DNA from: Bugula neritina
Taxonomy: Eukaryota > Animalia > Bryozoa
NCBI GenBank assembly: GCA_964035545.1
Contig: CAXIUT010000183.1
Location: 434,001 to 498,000 of the forward strand
Reading direction: 5' to 3'
DNA length: 64,000 nucleotides
Shown here one piece after another: positions 33,301 through 51,100 of this stretch. Both the position numbers and the translations under genes were made by a program. Position 1 is the stretch's first letter; each line of letters begins with the position of its first letter. The notes beneath the pieces are model-generated. The model was not told the DNA's origin. It worked only from the letters and a program-made list of their open reading frames with translations, and made no database searches.

Positions 33301-36300
33301 TGAAATAAACTGCAACACACTGAAATACAGCGCAAAATACTACAACATACTGAAATACACTGTAACATATTGAAATACACTGCAACACTTTGAAATATAC
33401 TGCAACATACCGAAATATATGTTAAACTACTAAAATATACTGTAACACTTTGAAAAACAGTGCAACATACTGAAATATACTGCGACACTTTGCAATGTAC
33501 TGTAACATACTGAAACATGCTGTAGCACACTGAAATACACTGCAACTCACTGAAATATACTGCAACATATTGAAATACACTGCAACATCCTACAACATGC
33601 TAAAATACACGGTAACATATTGAAATACAGTACAACACGTTGAAATATACTGCAACATACCGGAATATATGGTAAAGTACTGAAATATACTGTAACACAC
33701 TGAAAAATACTGCAACATACTGAAATATACTGCGACACATTGCAATATACTGCAACATACCAAAATATATGGTAAACTACTGAAATATACTTTAACACAT
33801 TGAAAAATACTGCAACATACTGAAATATACTGTAACACACTGAAATATACTGCAACATACTGAAATACACTGTAACATACTGAAATAAACTGCAACATAC
33901 CAAAATATATGGTAAACTACTGAAATATACTTTAACACATTGAAAAATCCTGCAACATACTAAAACATACTGTAACACACTGCAAGATACTGCAACATAC
34001 TGAAATACACTGAAACATACTGAAATAAACTGCAACATACCAAAATATATGGTAAACTACTGAAATATACTGTAACACACTGAAAATTACTGCAACATAC
34101 TGAAATATACTGTAACACACTGAAATATACTGCAACAAACTGAAATACACTGTAACATATTGAAATAAACTGCAACATACCAAAATATATGGTAAACTAC
34201 TGGAATATACTTTAACACATTGAAAAATACTGCAACATACTAAAATATACCGTAACACACTGCAAGATACTGCAACATACCGAAATACACTGTAACATAC
34301 TGAAACACACTGCAACATACTGCATTATACTGACATACACTGGAACATATTGAAATACACTGCAACACAATGAAATATACTGCAACATACCGCAATATAT
34401 GGTAAACTACTGAAATATACTGTAACACATTGAAAAATACTGCAACATACTGAAATATACTGTAACACACTGAAATATACTGCAACATACTGAAATACAC
34501 TGTAACATACTGAAATAAACTGCAACATACCAAAATATATAGTAAACTACTGAAATATACTTTAACACATTGAAAAATCCTGCAACATACTAAAATATAC
34601 TCTAACACACTGCAAGATACTGCAACATACCGAAATACACTGTAACATAGTGAAATGCACTGCAACATACTGCATTATACTGACATACACTGGAACATAT
34701 TGAAATACACTGCAACATCCTACAACATGCTGAAATACGCTGTAACATATTGAAATACACTGCAACACATTGAAAAATACTGCAACATACCGAAATATAT
34801 GGTAAACTATTGAATTATACTGTAACACTTTGAAAAATAGTGCAACACACTGAAATATACTCTGACACATTGCAATATACTGTAACATACTGAAATATGC
34901 TGTAGCACACTGAAATACATTGCAACTCACTGAAATACACTGCAACATACTGAAATACACTGTAACATATTGAAAAATACTGCAACATACTGCAACATAC
35001 TGAAATACACTGCAACATATTGAAAGACACTGCAAGACAATGAAATATACTGCAACATACTGAAATATACTGTAACACAATGAAATATACTGCAACATAC
35101 TGAAATACACTGCTACATACTGAAATATACTGCAACATACTGCAACATACTGAAATACACTGTAACATACTGAAATACACTGCAACAAACTACAACATAT
35201 TGAAATACACTGCAACACATTGAAATATACTGCAACATACCTAAATATACGGTAATATAGCGGAAAAAAACTGTAACAGATTGACAAATTCTGCAACATA
35301 CTGAAATATACTGCGACACATTGCAATATACTGTAACATACTGAAATATGCTCTAGCACACTGAAATACACTGCAACCCACTGAAATATACTGCAACATA
35401 CGGAAATACACTGCAACACATTGAAATACACTGCAACATACCAAAATAAATGGTAAACTACTGAAATATACTTTAACACATTGAAAAATACTGCAACATA
35501 CTGAAGTATACTGTAACACACTGAAATATACTGCAACATACTGAAATACACTGTAACATATTGAAATACACTGCAACAAACTACAACATATTGAAATACA
35601 CTGCAACGCATTGAAAGACACTGCAACACATTGAAATATACTGCAATATACCAATATATATGGTAAACTGCTGAAATATACTTTAACACAATGAAAAATA
35701 CTGCAACATACTGAAATATACTGTAACACACTGAAATATACTGCAACATACTGCAACAATCTGAAATACACTGTAACATACTGAAATACACTGCAACAAA
35801 CTACAAAATATTGAAATACACTGCAACACATTGAAATATACTGCAACATACTTAAATATACGGTAATATACCGAAAAAAAAACTGTAACAGATTGAAAAA
35901 TTCTGCAACATACTGAAATAAACTGCAACACACTGAAATACACCGCAAAATACTACAACATACTGAAATACACTGTAACATATTGAAATACACTGCAACA
36001 CTTTGAAATATACTGCAACATACCGAAATATATGTTAAACTACTAAAATATACTGTAACACTTTGAAAAACAGTGCAACATACTGAAATATACTGCGACA
36101 CTTTGCAATGTACTGTAACATACTGAAATATGCTGTAGCACACTGAAATACACTGCAACTCACTGAAATATACTGCAACATATTGAAATACACTGCAACA
36201 TCCTACAACATGCTAAAATACACGGTAACATATTGAAATACAGTACAACACGTTGAAATATACTGCAACATACCGGAATATATGGTAAAGTACTGAAATA

Positions 36301-39254
36301 TACTGTAACACATTGAAAAATACTGCAACATACTGAAATATACTGTAACACACTGAAATATACTGCAACATACTGAAATACACTGTAACATACTGAAATA
36401 CATTGCAAAATACTGCAACATATTGAAATACACTGCAGCATCCTACAACATGCTGAAATACACTGTAACATATTGAAATACACTGCAACACATTGAAATA
36501 TACTGCAACATACCGCAATATATGGTAAACTACTGAAATATACTGTAACACATTGAAAAATACTGCATCATACTGAAATATACTGCGACATAATGCAATA
36601 TTCTGTAACATACTGAGATATGCTGTAGCACACTGAAATACACTACAACTCACTGAAACATACTGCAACATACTGAAATACACTGTAACATCCTACAACA
36701 TACTGAAATACACAGTAACATATTGAAATACACTGCAACACATTGAAATATACTGCAACATACCTAAATATACGGTAATATACTGAAAAATACTGTAACA
36801 CATTGAAAAATACTGCAAGATACTGAAATATACTGTGACACATTGCAATATACTGTAACATACTGAAATATGCTCAAGCACACTGAAACACACTGCACCT
36901 CACTGAAACATACTGCAACATACTGAAATACACTGCAACATCCTACAACATACTGAAATACACTGCAACATATTGAAAGACACTGCAAGACAATGAAATA
37001 TACTGCAACATACTGAAATATACCGTAACACACTGAAATATACTGCAACATACTGAAATACACTGCTACATACTGAAATATACTGCAACATACTGCAACA
37101 TACTGAAATACACTGTAACATACTGAAATACACTGCAACAAACTACAACATATTGAAATACACTGCAACACATTGAAATATACTGCAACATACCTAAATA
37201 TACGGTAATATAGCGGAAAAAAACTGTAACAGATTGACAAATTCTGCAACATACTGAAATATACTGCGACACATTGCAATATACTGTAACATACTGAAAT
37301 ATGCTCTAGCACACTGAAATACACTGCAACCCACTGAAATATACTGCAACATACGGAAATACACTGCAACACATTGAAATACACTGCAACAAACTACAAC
37401 ATATTGAAATACACTGCAACGCATTGAAAGACACTGCAACACATTGAAATATACTGCAATATACCAATATATATGGTAAACTGCTGAAATATACTTTAAC
37501 ACAATGAAAAATACTGCAACATACTGAAATATACTGTAACACACTGAAATATACTGCAACATACTGCAACAATCTGAAATACACTGTAACATACTGAAAT
37601 ACACTGCAACAAACTACAACATATTGAAATACACTGCAACACATTGAAATATACTGCAACATACCTAAATATACGGTAATATACCGAAAAAAAAACTGTA
37701 ACAGATTGAAAAATTCTGCAACATACTGAAATAAACTGCAACACACTGAAATACAGCGCAAAATACTACAACATACTGAAATACACTGTAACATATTGAA
37801 ATACACTGCAACACTTTGAAATATACTGCAACATACCGAAATATATGTTAAACTACTAAAATATACTGTAACACTTTGAAAAACAGTGCAACATACTGAA
37901 ATATACTGCGACACTTTGCAATGTACTGTAACATACTGAAACATGCTGTAGCACACTGAAATACACTGCAACTCACTGAAATATACTGCAACATATTGAA
38001 ATACACTGCAACATCCTACAACATGCTAAAATACACGGTAACATATTGAAATACAGTACAACACGTTGAAATATACTGCAACATACCGGAATATATGGTA
38101 AAGTACTGAAATATACTGTAACACACTGAAAAATACTGCAACATACTGAAATATACTGCGACACATTGCAATATACTGCAACATACCAAAATATATGGTA
38201 AACTACTGAAATATACTTTAACACATTGAAAAATACTGCAACATACTGAAATATACTGTAACACACTGAAATATACTGCAACATACTGAAATACACTGTA
38301 ACATACTGAAATAAACTGCAACATACCAAAATATATGGTAAACTACTGAAATATACTTTAACACATTGAAAAATCCTGCAACATACTAAAACATACTGTA
38401 ACACACTGCAAGATACTGCAACATACTGAAATACACTGAAACATACTGAAATAAACTGCAACATACCAAAATATATGGTAAACTACTGAAATATACTGTA
38501 ACACACTGAAAATTACTGCAACATACTGAAATATACTGTAACACACTGAAATATACTGCAACAAACTGAAATACACTGTAACATATTGAAATAAACTGCA
38601 ACATACCAAAATATATGGTAAACTACTGAAATATACTTTAACACATTGAAAAATACTGCAACATACTAAAATATACCGTAACACACTGCAAGATACTGCA
38701 ACATACCGAAATACACTGTAACATACTGAAACACACTGCAACATACTGCATTATACTGACATACACTGGAACATATTGAAATACACTGCAACACAATGAA
38801 ATATACTGCAACATACCGCAATATATGGTAAACTACTGAAATATACTGTAACACATTGAAAAATACTGCAACATACTGAAATATACTGTAACACACTGAA
38901 ATATACTGCAACATACTGAAATACACTGTAACATACTGAAATAAACTGCAACATACCAAAATATATAGTAAACTACTGAAATATACTTTAACACATTGAA
39001 AAATCCTGCAACATACTAAAATATACTCTAACACACTGCAAGATACTGCAACATACCGAAATACACTGTAACATAGTGAAATGCACTGCAACATACTGCA
39101 TTATACTGACATACACTGGAACATATTGAAATACACTGCAACATCCTACAACATGCTGAAATACGCTGTAACATATTGAAATACACTGCAACACATTGAA
39201 AAATACTGCAACATACCGAAATATATGGTAAACTATTGAATTATACTGTAACAC
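30390..39254 (+). repeat. Tandem duplication, 4426-bp unit, near-identical copies
   Basis: ORF pairs 30815/35241, 31734/36160, 33547/37973 and 34240/38666 have offset 4426; shared private variant CTACAAAATATTG (A at 31381/35807); junction at about 34816-34828. Confidence 0.92.
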
Positions 39255-42200
39255 ATTGAAAAATACTGAAACAAACTGAAATATACTCTGACACAATGCA
39301 AAATACTGTAACATACTGAAATATGCTGTAGCACACTGAAATACACTGCAACTCACTGAAATATACTGCAACATACTGAAAAACACTGTAACATATTGAG
39401 ACATACTGCAACATACTGCAACATACTGAAATACACTGTAACATACTGAAATACATTGCAAAATACTGCAACATATTGAAATACACTGCAGCATCCTACA
39501 ACATGCTGAAATACACTGTAACATATTGAAATACACTGCAACACATTGAAATATACTGCAACATACCGCAATATATGGTAAACTACTGAAATATACTGTA
39601 ACACATTGAAAAATACTGCATCATCCTGAAATATACTGCGACATAATGCAATATTCTGCAACATACTGAGATATGCTGTAGCACACTGAAATACACTACA
39701 ACTCACTGAAACATACTGCAACATACTGAAATACACTGTAACATCCTACAACATACTGAAATACACAGTAACATATTGAAATACACTGCAACACATTGAA
39801 ATATACTGCAACATACCCAAATATACGGTAATATACTGAAAAATACCCTAACACATTGAAAAATACTGCAAGATACTGAAATATACTGTGACACATTGCA
39901 ATATACTGTAACATACTGAAATATGCTCAAGCACACTGAAACACACTGCACCTCACTGAAACATACTGCAACATACTGAAATACACTGCAACATCCTACA
40001 ACATACTGAAATACACTGCAACATATTGAAAGACACTGCAAGACAATGAAATATACTGCAACAGACTGAAATATACCGTAACACACTGAAATATACTGCA
40101 ACATACTGAAATACACTGCTACATACTGAAATATACTGCAACATACTGCAACATACTGAAATACACTGTAACATACTGAAATACACTGCAACAAACTACA
40201 TCATATTGAAATACACTGCAACACATTGAAATATACTGCAACATACCTAAATATACGGTAATATAGCGGAAAAAAACTGTATAAGATTGACAAATTCTGC
40301 AACATACTGAAATATACTGCGACACATTGCAATATACTGTAACATACTGAAATATGCTCTAGCACACTGAAATACACTGCAACCCACTGAAATATACTGC
40401 AACATACGGAAATACACTGCAACACATTGAAATACACTGCAATATACCAAAATAAATGGTAAACTACTGAAATATACTTTAACACATTGAAAAATACTGC
40501 AACATACTGAAATATACTGTAACACACTGAAATATACTGCAACATACTGAAATACACTGTAACATATTGAAATACACTGCAACAAACTATAACATATTGA
40601 AATACACTGCAACGCATTGAAAGACACTGCAACACATTAAAATATACTGCAATATACCAATATATATGGTAAACTGCTGAAATATACTTTAACACAATGA
40701 AAAATACTGCAACATACTGAAATATACTGTAACACACTGAAATATACTGCAACATACTGCAACAATCTGAAATACACTGTAACATACTGAAATACACTGC
40801 AACAAACTACAACATATTGAAATACACTGCAACACATTGAAATATACTGCAACATACTTAAATATACGGTAATATACCGAAAAAAAAACTGTAACAGATT
40901 GAAAAATTCTGCAACATACTGAAATAAACTGCAACACACTGAAATACACCGCAAAATACTACAACATACTGAAATACACTGTAACATATTGAAATACACT
41001 GCAACACTTTGAAATATACTGCAACATACCGAAATATATGTTAAACTACTAAAATATACTGTAACACTTTGAAAAACAGTGCAACATACTGAAATATACT
41101 GCGACACTTTGCAATGTACTGTAACATACTGAAATATGCTGTAGCACACTGAAATACACTGCAACTCACTGAAATATACTGCAACATATTGAAATACACT
41201 GCAACATCCTACAACATGCTAAAATACACGGTAACATATTGAAATACAGTACAACACGTTGAAATATACTGCAACATACCGGAATATATGGTGAAGTACT
41301 GAAATATACTGTAACACACTGAAAAATACTGCAACATACTGAAATATACTGCGACACATTGCAATATACTGCAACATACCAAAATATATGGTAAACTACT
41401 GAAATATACTTTAACACATTGAAAAATACTGCAACATACTGAAATATACTGTAACACACTGAAATATACTGCAACATACTGAAATACACTGCAACATACT
41501 GAAATACATTGCAAAATACTGCAACATATTGAAATACACTGCAGCATCCTACAACATGCTGAAATACACTGTAACATATTGAAATACACTGCAACACATT
41601 GAAATATGCTGCAACATACCGCAATATATGGTAAACTACTGAAATATACTGTAACACATTGAAAAATACTGCATCATACTGAAATATACTGCGACATAAT
41701 GCAATATTCTGTAACATACTGAGATATGCTGTAGCACACTGAAATACACTACAACTCACTGAAACATACTGCAACATACTGAAAGACACTGTAACATCCT
41801 ACAACATACTGAAATACACAGTAACATATTGAAATACACTGCAACACATTGAAATATACTGCAACATACCTAAATATACGGTAATATACTGAAAAATACT
41901 GTAACACATTGAAAAATACTGCAAGATACTGAAATATACTGTGACACATTGCAATATACTGTAACATACTGAAATATGCTCAAGCACACTGAAACACACT
42001 GCACCTCACTGAAACATACTGCAACATACTGAAATACACTGCAACATCCTACAACATACTGAAATACACTGCAACATATTGAAAGACACTGCAAGACAAT
42101 GAAATATACTGCAACATACTGAAATATACCGTAACACACTGAAATATACTGCAACATACTGAAATACACTGCTACATACTGAAATATACTGCAACATACT

Positions 42201-45200
42201 GCAACATACTGAAATACACTGTAACATACTGAAATACACTGCAACAAACTACAACATATTGAAATACACTGCAACACATTGAAATATACTGCAACATACC
42301 TAAATATACGGTAATATAGCGGAAAAAAACTGTAACAGATTGACAAATTCTGCAACATACTGAAATATACTGCGACACATTGCAATATACTGTAACATAC
42401 TGAAATATGCTCTAGCACACTGAAATACACTGCAACCCACTGAAATATACTGCAACATACGGAAATACACTGCAACACATTGAAATACACTGCAACATAC
42501 CAAAATAAATGGTAAACTACTGAAATATACTTTAACACATTGAAAAATACTGCAACATACTGAAATATACTGTAACACACCGAAATATACTGCAACATAC
42601 TGAAATACACTGTAACATACTGAAATAAACTGCAACATACCAAAATATATGGTAAACTACTGAAATATACTTTAACACATTGAAAAATCCTGCAACATAC
42701 TAAAACATACTGTAACACACTGCAAGATACTGCAACATACTGAAATACACTGAAACATACTGAAATAAACTGCAACATACCAAAATATATGGTAAACTAC
42801 TGAAATATACTGTAACACACTGAAAATTACTGCAACATACTGAAATATACTGTAACACACTGAAATATACTGCAACAAACTGAAATACACTGTAACATAT
42901 TGAAATAAACTGCAACATACCAAAATATATGGTAAACTACTGAAATATACTTTAACACATTGAAAAATACTGCAACATACTAAAATATACCGTAACACAC
43001 TGCAAGATACTGCAACATACCGAAATACACTGTAACATACTGAAACACACTGCAACATACTGCATTATACTGACATACACTGGAACATATTGAAATACAC
43101 TGCAACACAATGAAATATACTGCAACATACCGCAATATATGGTAAACTACTGAAATATACTGTAACACATTGAAAAATACTGCAACATACTGAAATATAC
43201 TGTAACACACTGAAATATACTGCAACATACTGAAATACACTGTAACATACTGAAATAAACTGCAACATACCAAAATATATAGTAAACTACTGAAATATAC
43301 TTTAACACATTGAAAAATCCTGCAACATACTAAAATATACTCTAACACACTGCAAGATACTGCAACATACCGAAATACACTGTAACATAGTGAAACGCAC
43401 TGCAACATACTGCATTATACTGACATACACTGGAACATATTGAAATACACTGCAACATCCTACAACATGCTGAAATACGCTGTAAAATATTGAAATACAC
43501 TGCAACACATTGAAAAATACTGCAACATACCGAAATATATGGTAAACTATTGAATTATACTGTAACACATTGAAAAATACTGAAACAAACTGAAATATAC
43601 TCTGACACAATGCAAAATACTGTAACATACTGAAATATGCTGTAGCACACTGAAATACACTGCAACTCACTGAAATATACTGCAACATACTGAAAAACAC
43701 TGTAACATATTGAGACATACTGCAACATACTGCAACATACTGAAATACACTGTAACATACTGAAATACATTGCAAAATACTGCAACATATTGAAATACAC
43801 TGCAGCATCCTACAACATGCTGAAATACACTGTAACATATTGAAATACACTGCAACACATTGAAATATACTGCAACATACCGCAATATATGGTAAACTAC
43901 TGAAATATACTGTAACACATTGAAAAATACTGCATCATACTGAAATATACTGCGACATAATGCAATATTCTGTAACATACTGAGATATGCTGTAGCACAC
44001 TGAAATACACTACAACTCACTGAAACATACTGCAACATACTGAAATACACTGTAACATCCTACAACATACTGAAATACACAGTAACATATTGAAATACAC
44101 TGCAACACATTGAAATATACTGCAACATACCTAAATATACGGTAATATACTGAAAAATACCCTAACACATTGAAAAATACTGCAAGATACTGAAATATAC
44201 TGTGACACATTGCAATATACTGTAACATACTGAAATATGCTCAAGCACACTGAAACACACTGCACCTCACTGAAACATACTGCAACATACTGAAATACAC
44301 TGCAACATCCTACAACATACTGAAATACACTGCAACATATTGAAAGACACTGCAAGACAATGAAATATACTGCAACAGACTGAAATATACCGTAACACAC
44401 TGAAATATACTGCAACATACTGAAATACACTGCTACATACTGAAATATACTGCAACATACTGCAACATACTGAAATACACTGTAACATACTGAAATACAC
44501 TGCAACAAACTACAACATATTGAAATACACTGCAACACATTGAAATATACTGCAACATACCTAAATATACGGTAATATAGCGGAAAAAAACTGTAACAGA
44601 TTGACAAATTCTGCAACATACTGAAATATACTGCGACACATTGCAATATACTGTAACATACTGAAATATGCTCTAGCACACTGAAATACACTGCAACCCA
44701 CTGAAATATACTGCAACATACGGAAATACACTGCAACACATTGAAATACACTGCAATATACCAAAATAAATGGTAAACTACTGAAATATACTTTAACACA
44801 TTGAAAAATACTGCAACATACTGAAATATACTGTAACACACTGAAATATACTGCAACATACTGAAATACACTGTAACATATTGAAATACACTGCAACAAA
44901 CTATAACATATTGAAATACACTGCAACGCATTGAAAGACACTGCAACACATTGAAATATACTGCAATATACCAATATATATGGTAAACTGCTGAAATATA
45001 CTTTAACACAATGAAAAATACTGCAACATACTGAAATATACTGTAACACACTGAAATATACTGCAACATACTGCAACAATCTGAGATACACTGTAACATA
45101 CTGAAATACACTGCAACAAACTACAACATATTGAAATACACTGCAACACATTGAAATATACTGCAACATACCTAAATATACGGTAATATACCGAAAAAAA

Positions 45201-46933
45201 AACTGTAACAGATTGAAAAATTCTGCAACATACTGAAATAAACTGCAACACACTGAAATACACCGCAAAATGCTACAACATACTGAAATACACTGTAACA
45301 TATTGAAATACACTGCAACACTTTGAAATATACTGCAACATACCGAAATATATGTTAAACTACTAAAATATACTGTAACACTTTGAAAAACAGTGCAACA
45401 TACTGAAATATACTGCGACACTTTGCAATGTACTGTAACATACTGAAATATGCTGTAGCACACTGAAATACACTGCAACTCACTGAAATATACTGCAACA
45501 TATTGAAATACACTGCAACATCCTACAACATGCTAAAATACACGGTAACATATTGAAATACAGTACAACACGTTGAAATATACTGCAACATACCGGAATA
45601 TATGGTGAAGTACTGAAATATACTGTAACACACTGAAAAATACTGCAACATACTGAAATATACTGCGACACATTGCAATATACTGCAACATACCAAAATA
45701 TATGGTAAACTACTGAAATATACTTTAACACATTGAAAAATACTGCAACATACTGAAATATACTGTAACACACTGAAATATACTGCAACATACTGAAATA
45801 CACTGTAACATACTGAAATACATTGCAAAATACTGCAACATATTGAAATACACTGCAGCATCCTACAACATGCTGAAATACACTGTAACATATTGAAATA
45901 CACTGCAACACATTGAAATATGCTGCAACATACCGCAATATATGGTAAACTACTGAAATATACTGTAACACATTGAAAAATACTGCATCATACTGAAATA
46001 TACTGCGACATAATGCAATATTCTGTAACATACTGAGATATGCTGTAGCACACTGAAATACACTACAACTCACTGAAACATACTGCAACATACTGAAAGA
46101 CACTGTAACATCCTACAACATACTGAAATACACAGTAACATATTGAAATACACTGCAACACATTGAAATATACTGCAACATACCTAAATATACGGTAATA
46201 TACTGAAAAATACTGTAACACATTGAAAAATACTGCAAGATACTGAAATATACTGTGACACATTGCAATATACTGTAACGTACTGAAATATGCTCAAGCA
46301 CACTGAAACACACTGCACCTCACTGAAACATACTGCAACATACTGAAATACACTGCAACATCCTACAACATACTGAAATACACTGCAACATATTGAAAGA
46401 CACTGCAAGACAATGAAATATACTGCAACATACTGAAATATACCGTAACACACTGAAATATACTGCAACATACTGAAATACACTGCTACATACTGAAATA
46501 TACTGCAACATACTGCAACATACTGAAATACACTGTAACATACTGAAATACACTGCAACAAACTACAACATATTGAAATACACTGCAACACATTGAAATA
46601 TACTGCAACATACCTAAATATACGGTAATATAGCGGAAAAAAACTGTAACAGATTGACAAATTCTGCAACATACTGAAATATACTGCGACACATTGCAAT
46701 ATACTGTAACATACTGAAATATGCTCTAGCACACTGAAATACACTGCAACCCACTGAAATATACTGCAACATACGGAAATACACTGCAACACATTGAAAT
46801 ACACTGCAACATACCAAAATAAATGGTAAACTACTGAAATATACTTTAACACATTGAAAAATACTGCAACATACTGAAATATACTGTAACACACTGAAAT
46901 ATACTGCAACATACTGAAATACACTGTAACATA
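38195..46933 (+). repeat. Tandem duplication, 4314-bp unit, visibly more diverged than the 2645 and 4426 pairs
   Basis: ORF pairs 38358/42672, 38988/43302, 39696/44010, 41166/45480 and 42300/46614 have offset 4314; shared private variant CAACAGACTG (G at 40064/44378). Confidence 0.9.
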
Positions 46934-48154
46934 TTGAAATACACTGCAACAAACTACAACATATTGAAATACACTGCAACGCATTGAAAGACACTGCAAC
47001 ACATTGAAATATACTGCAATATACCAATATATATGGTAAACTGCTGAAATATACTTTAACACAATGAAAAATACTGCAACATACTGGAATATACTGTAAC
47101 ACACTGAAATATACTGCAACATACTGCAACAATCTGAAATACACTGTAACATACTGAAATACGCTGCAACAAACTACAACATATTGAAATACACTGCAAC
47201 ACATTGAAATATACTGCAACATACCTAAATATACGGTAATATACCGAAAAAAAAACTGTAACAGATTGAAAAATTCTGCAACATACTGAAATAAACTGCA
47301 ACACACTAAAATACACCGCAAAATACTACAACATACTGAAATACACTGTAACATATTGAAATACACTGCAACACTTTGAAATATACTGCAACATACCGAA
47401 ATATATGTTAAACTACTAAAATATACTGTAACACTTTGAAAAACAGTGCAACATACTGAAATATACTGCGACACTTTGCAATGTACTGTAACATACTGAA
47501 ACATGCTGTAGCACACTGAAATACACTGCAACTCACTGAAATATACTGCAACATATTGAAATACACTGCAACATCCTACAACATGCTAAAATACACGGTA
47601 ACATATTGAAATACAGTACAACACGTTGAAATATACTGCAACATACCGGAATATATGGTAAAGTACTGAAATATACTGTAACACACTGAAAAATACTGCA
47701 ACATACTGAAATATACTGCGACACATTGCAATATACTGCAACATACCAAAATATATGGTAAACTACTGAAATATACTTTAACACATTGAAAAATACTGCA
47801 ACATACTGAAATATACTGTAACACACTGAAATATACTGCAACATACTGAAATACACTGTAACATACTGAAATAAACTGCAACATACCAAAATATATGGTA
47901 AACTACTGAAATATACTTTAACACATTGAAAAATCCTGCAACATACTGAAATATACTGTAACACACTGAAATATACTGCAACAAACTGAAATACACTGTA
48001 ACATATTGAAATAAACTGCAACATACCAAAATATATGGTAAACTACTGAAATATACTGTAACACACTGAAAATTACTGCAACATACTGAAATATACTGTA
48101 ACACACTGAAATATACTGCAACAAACTGAAATACACTGTAACATATTGAAATAA

Positions 48155-51100
48155 ACTGCAACATACCAAAATATATGGTAAACTACTGAAATATACTTTA
48201 ACACATTGAAAAATACTGCAACATACTAAAATATACCGTAACACACTGCAAGATACTGCAACATACCGAAATACACTGTAACATACTGAAACACACTGCA
48301 ACATACTGCATTATACTGACATACACTGGAACATATTGAAATACACTGCAACACAATGAAATATACTGCAACATACCAAAATATATGGTAAACTACTGAA
48401 ATATACTTTAACACATTGAAAAATACTGCAACATACTAAAATATACTGTAACACACTGAAATATACTGCAACATACTGAAATACACTGTAACATACTGAA
48501 ATAAACAGTAACATACTGAAATACACTGCAACATCCTACAACATACTGAATTACACTGTAACATTGTGAAATACACTGCAACACATTGAAAAATACTGCA
48601 ACATACCGAAATATACGGTAAACTATTGAATTATACTGTAACACATTGAAAAATACTGAAACACACTGAAATATACTCTGACACAATGCAATATACTGTA
48701 ACATACTGAAATATGCTGTAGCACACTGAAATACACTGCAACTCACTGAAATATACTACAACATACTGAAAAACACTGTAACATATTGAAACATACTGCA
48801 ACATACTACAACATATTGAAAGACACTGCAACACATTGAAATATACTGCAACATACCTAAAGATCCGGTAATATACTGAAATATACTGTAACACATTGAA
48901 AAATACTACAACATACTGAAATACACTGTAACATATTGAAATACACTGCAACACATTGAAATATACTGCAACCTATAGAAATATATGGTAAACTACTGAA
49001 ATATACTGTAACACATTGAAAAATACTGCAACATACTGAAACATACTGCGACACATTGCAATATACAGTAACATACTGAAACATGCTGTAGCACACTGAA
49101 ATAGACTGCAGCTCACTGAAATATACTGCAACATACTGAAATACACTGCTACATACTGAAATATACTGCAACATACTGCAACATACTGAAATACACTGTA
49201 ACATACTGAAATACACTGCAACAAACTACAACATATTGAAATACACTGCAACACATTGAAATATACTGCAACATACCTAAATATACGGTAATATACCGAA
49301 AAAAAAACTGTAACAGATTGAAAAATTCTGCAACATACTGAAATAAACTGCAACACACTGAAATACAGCGCAAAATACTACAACATACTGAAATACACTG
49401 TAACATATTGAAATACACTGCAACACTTTGAAATATACTGCAACATACCGAAATATATGGTAAACTACCAAAATATACTGTAACACTTTGAAAAATAGTG
49501 CAACACACTGAAATATACTCTGACACATTGCAATATACTGTAACATACTGAAATATGCTGTAGCACACTGAAATACATTGCAACTCACTGAAATACACTG
49601 CAACATACTGAAATACACTGTAACATATTGAAAAATACTGCAACATACTGCAACATACTGAAATACACTGCAACATATTGAAAGACACTGCAAGACAATG
49701 AAATATACTGCAACATACTGAAATATACTGTAACACACTGAAATATACTGCAACATACTGAAATACACTGCTACATACTGAAATATACTGCAACATACTG
49801 CAACATACTGAAATACACTGTAACATACTGAAATACACTGCAACAAACTACAACATATTGAAATACACTGCAACACATTGAAATATACTGCAACATACCT
49901 AAATATACGGTAATATAGCGGAAAAAAACTGTAACAGATTGACAAATTCTGCAACATACCGAAATATACTGCGACACATTGCAATATACTGTAACATACT
50001 GAAATATGCTCTAGCACACTGAAATACACTGCAACCCACTGAAATATACTGCAACATACGGAAATACACTGCAACACATTGAAATACACTGCAACATACC
50101 AAAATAAATGGTAAACTACTGAAATATACTTTAACACATTGAAAAATACTGCAACATACTGAAGTATACTGTAACACACTGAAATATACTGCAACATACT
50201 GAAATACACTGTAACATATTGAAACACACTGCAACAAACTACAACATATTGAAATACACTGCAACGCATTGAAAGACACTGCAACACATTGAAATATACT
50301 GCAATATACCAATATATATGGTAAACTGCTGAAATATACTTTAACACATTGAAAAATACTGCAACATACTGAAATATACTGTAACACACTGAAATATACT
50401 GCAACATACTGCAACAATCTGAAATACACTGTAACATACTGAAATACACTGCAACAAACTACAACATATTGAAATACACTGCAACACATTGAAATATACT
50501 GCAACATACCTAAATATACGGTAATATACCGAAAAAAAAACTGTAACAGATTGAAAAATTCTGCAACATACTGAAATAAACTGCTACACACTGAAATACA
50601 CCGCAAAATACTACAACATACTGAAATACACTGTAACATATTGAAATACACTGCAACACTTTGAAATATACTGCAACATACCGAAATATATGTTAAACTA
50701 CTAAAATATACTGTAACACTTTGAAAAACAGTGCAACATACTGAAATATACTGCGACACTTTGCAATGTACTGTATCATACTGAAATATGCTGTAGCACA
50801 CTGAAATACACTGCAACTCACTGAAATATACTGCAACATATTGAAATACACTGCAACATCCTACAACATGCTAAAATACACGGTAACATATTGAAATACA
50901 GTACAACACGTTGAAATATACTGCAACATACCGGAATATATGGTAAAGTACTGAAATATACTGTAACACACTGAAAAATACTGCAACATACTGAAATATA
51001 CTGCGACACATTGCAATATACTGCAACATACCAAAATATATGGTAAACTACTGAAATATACTTTAACACATTGAAAATTACTGCAACATACTGAAATATA

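Noticed and set aside
22072-39254. Near-identical kb duplications as pure assembly artefacts
   Set aside because: Not favoured, because the copies carry a few distinct substitutions and have specific in-register junctions. It cannot be excluded without spanning reads, especially for the 2645-bp pair.
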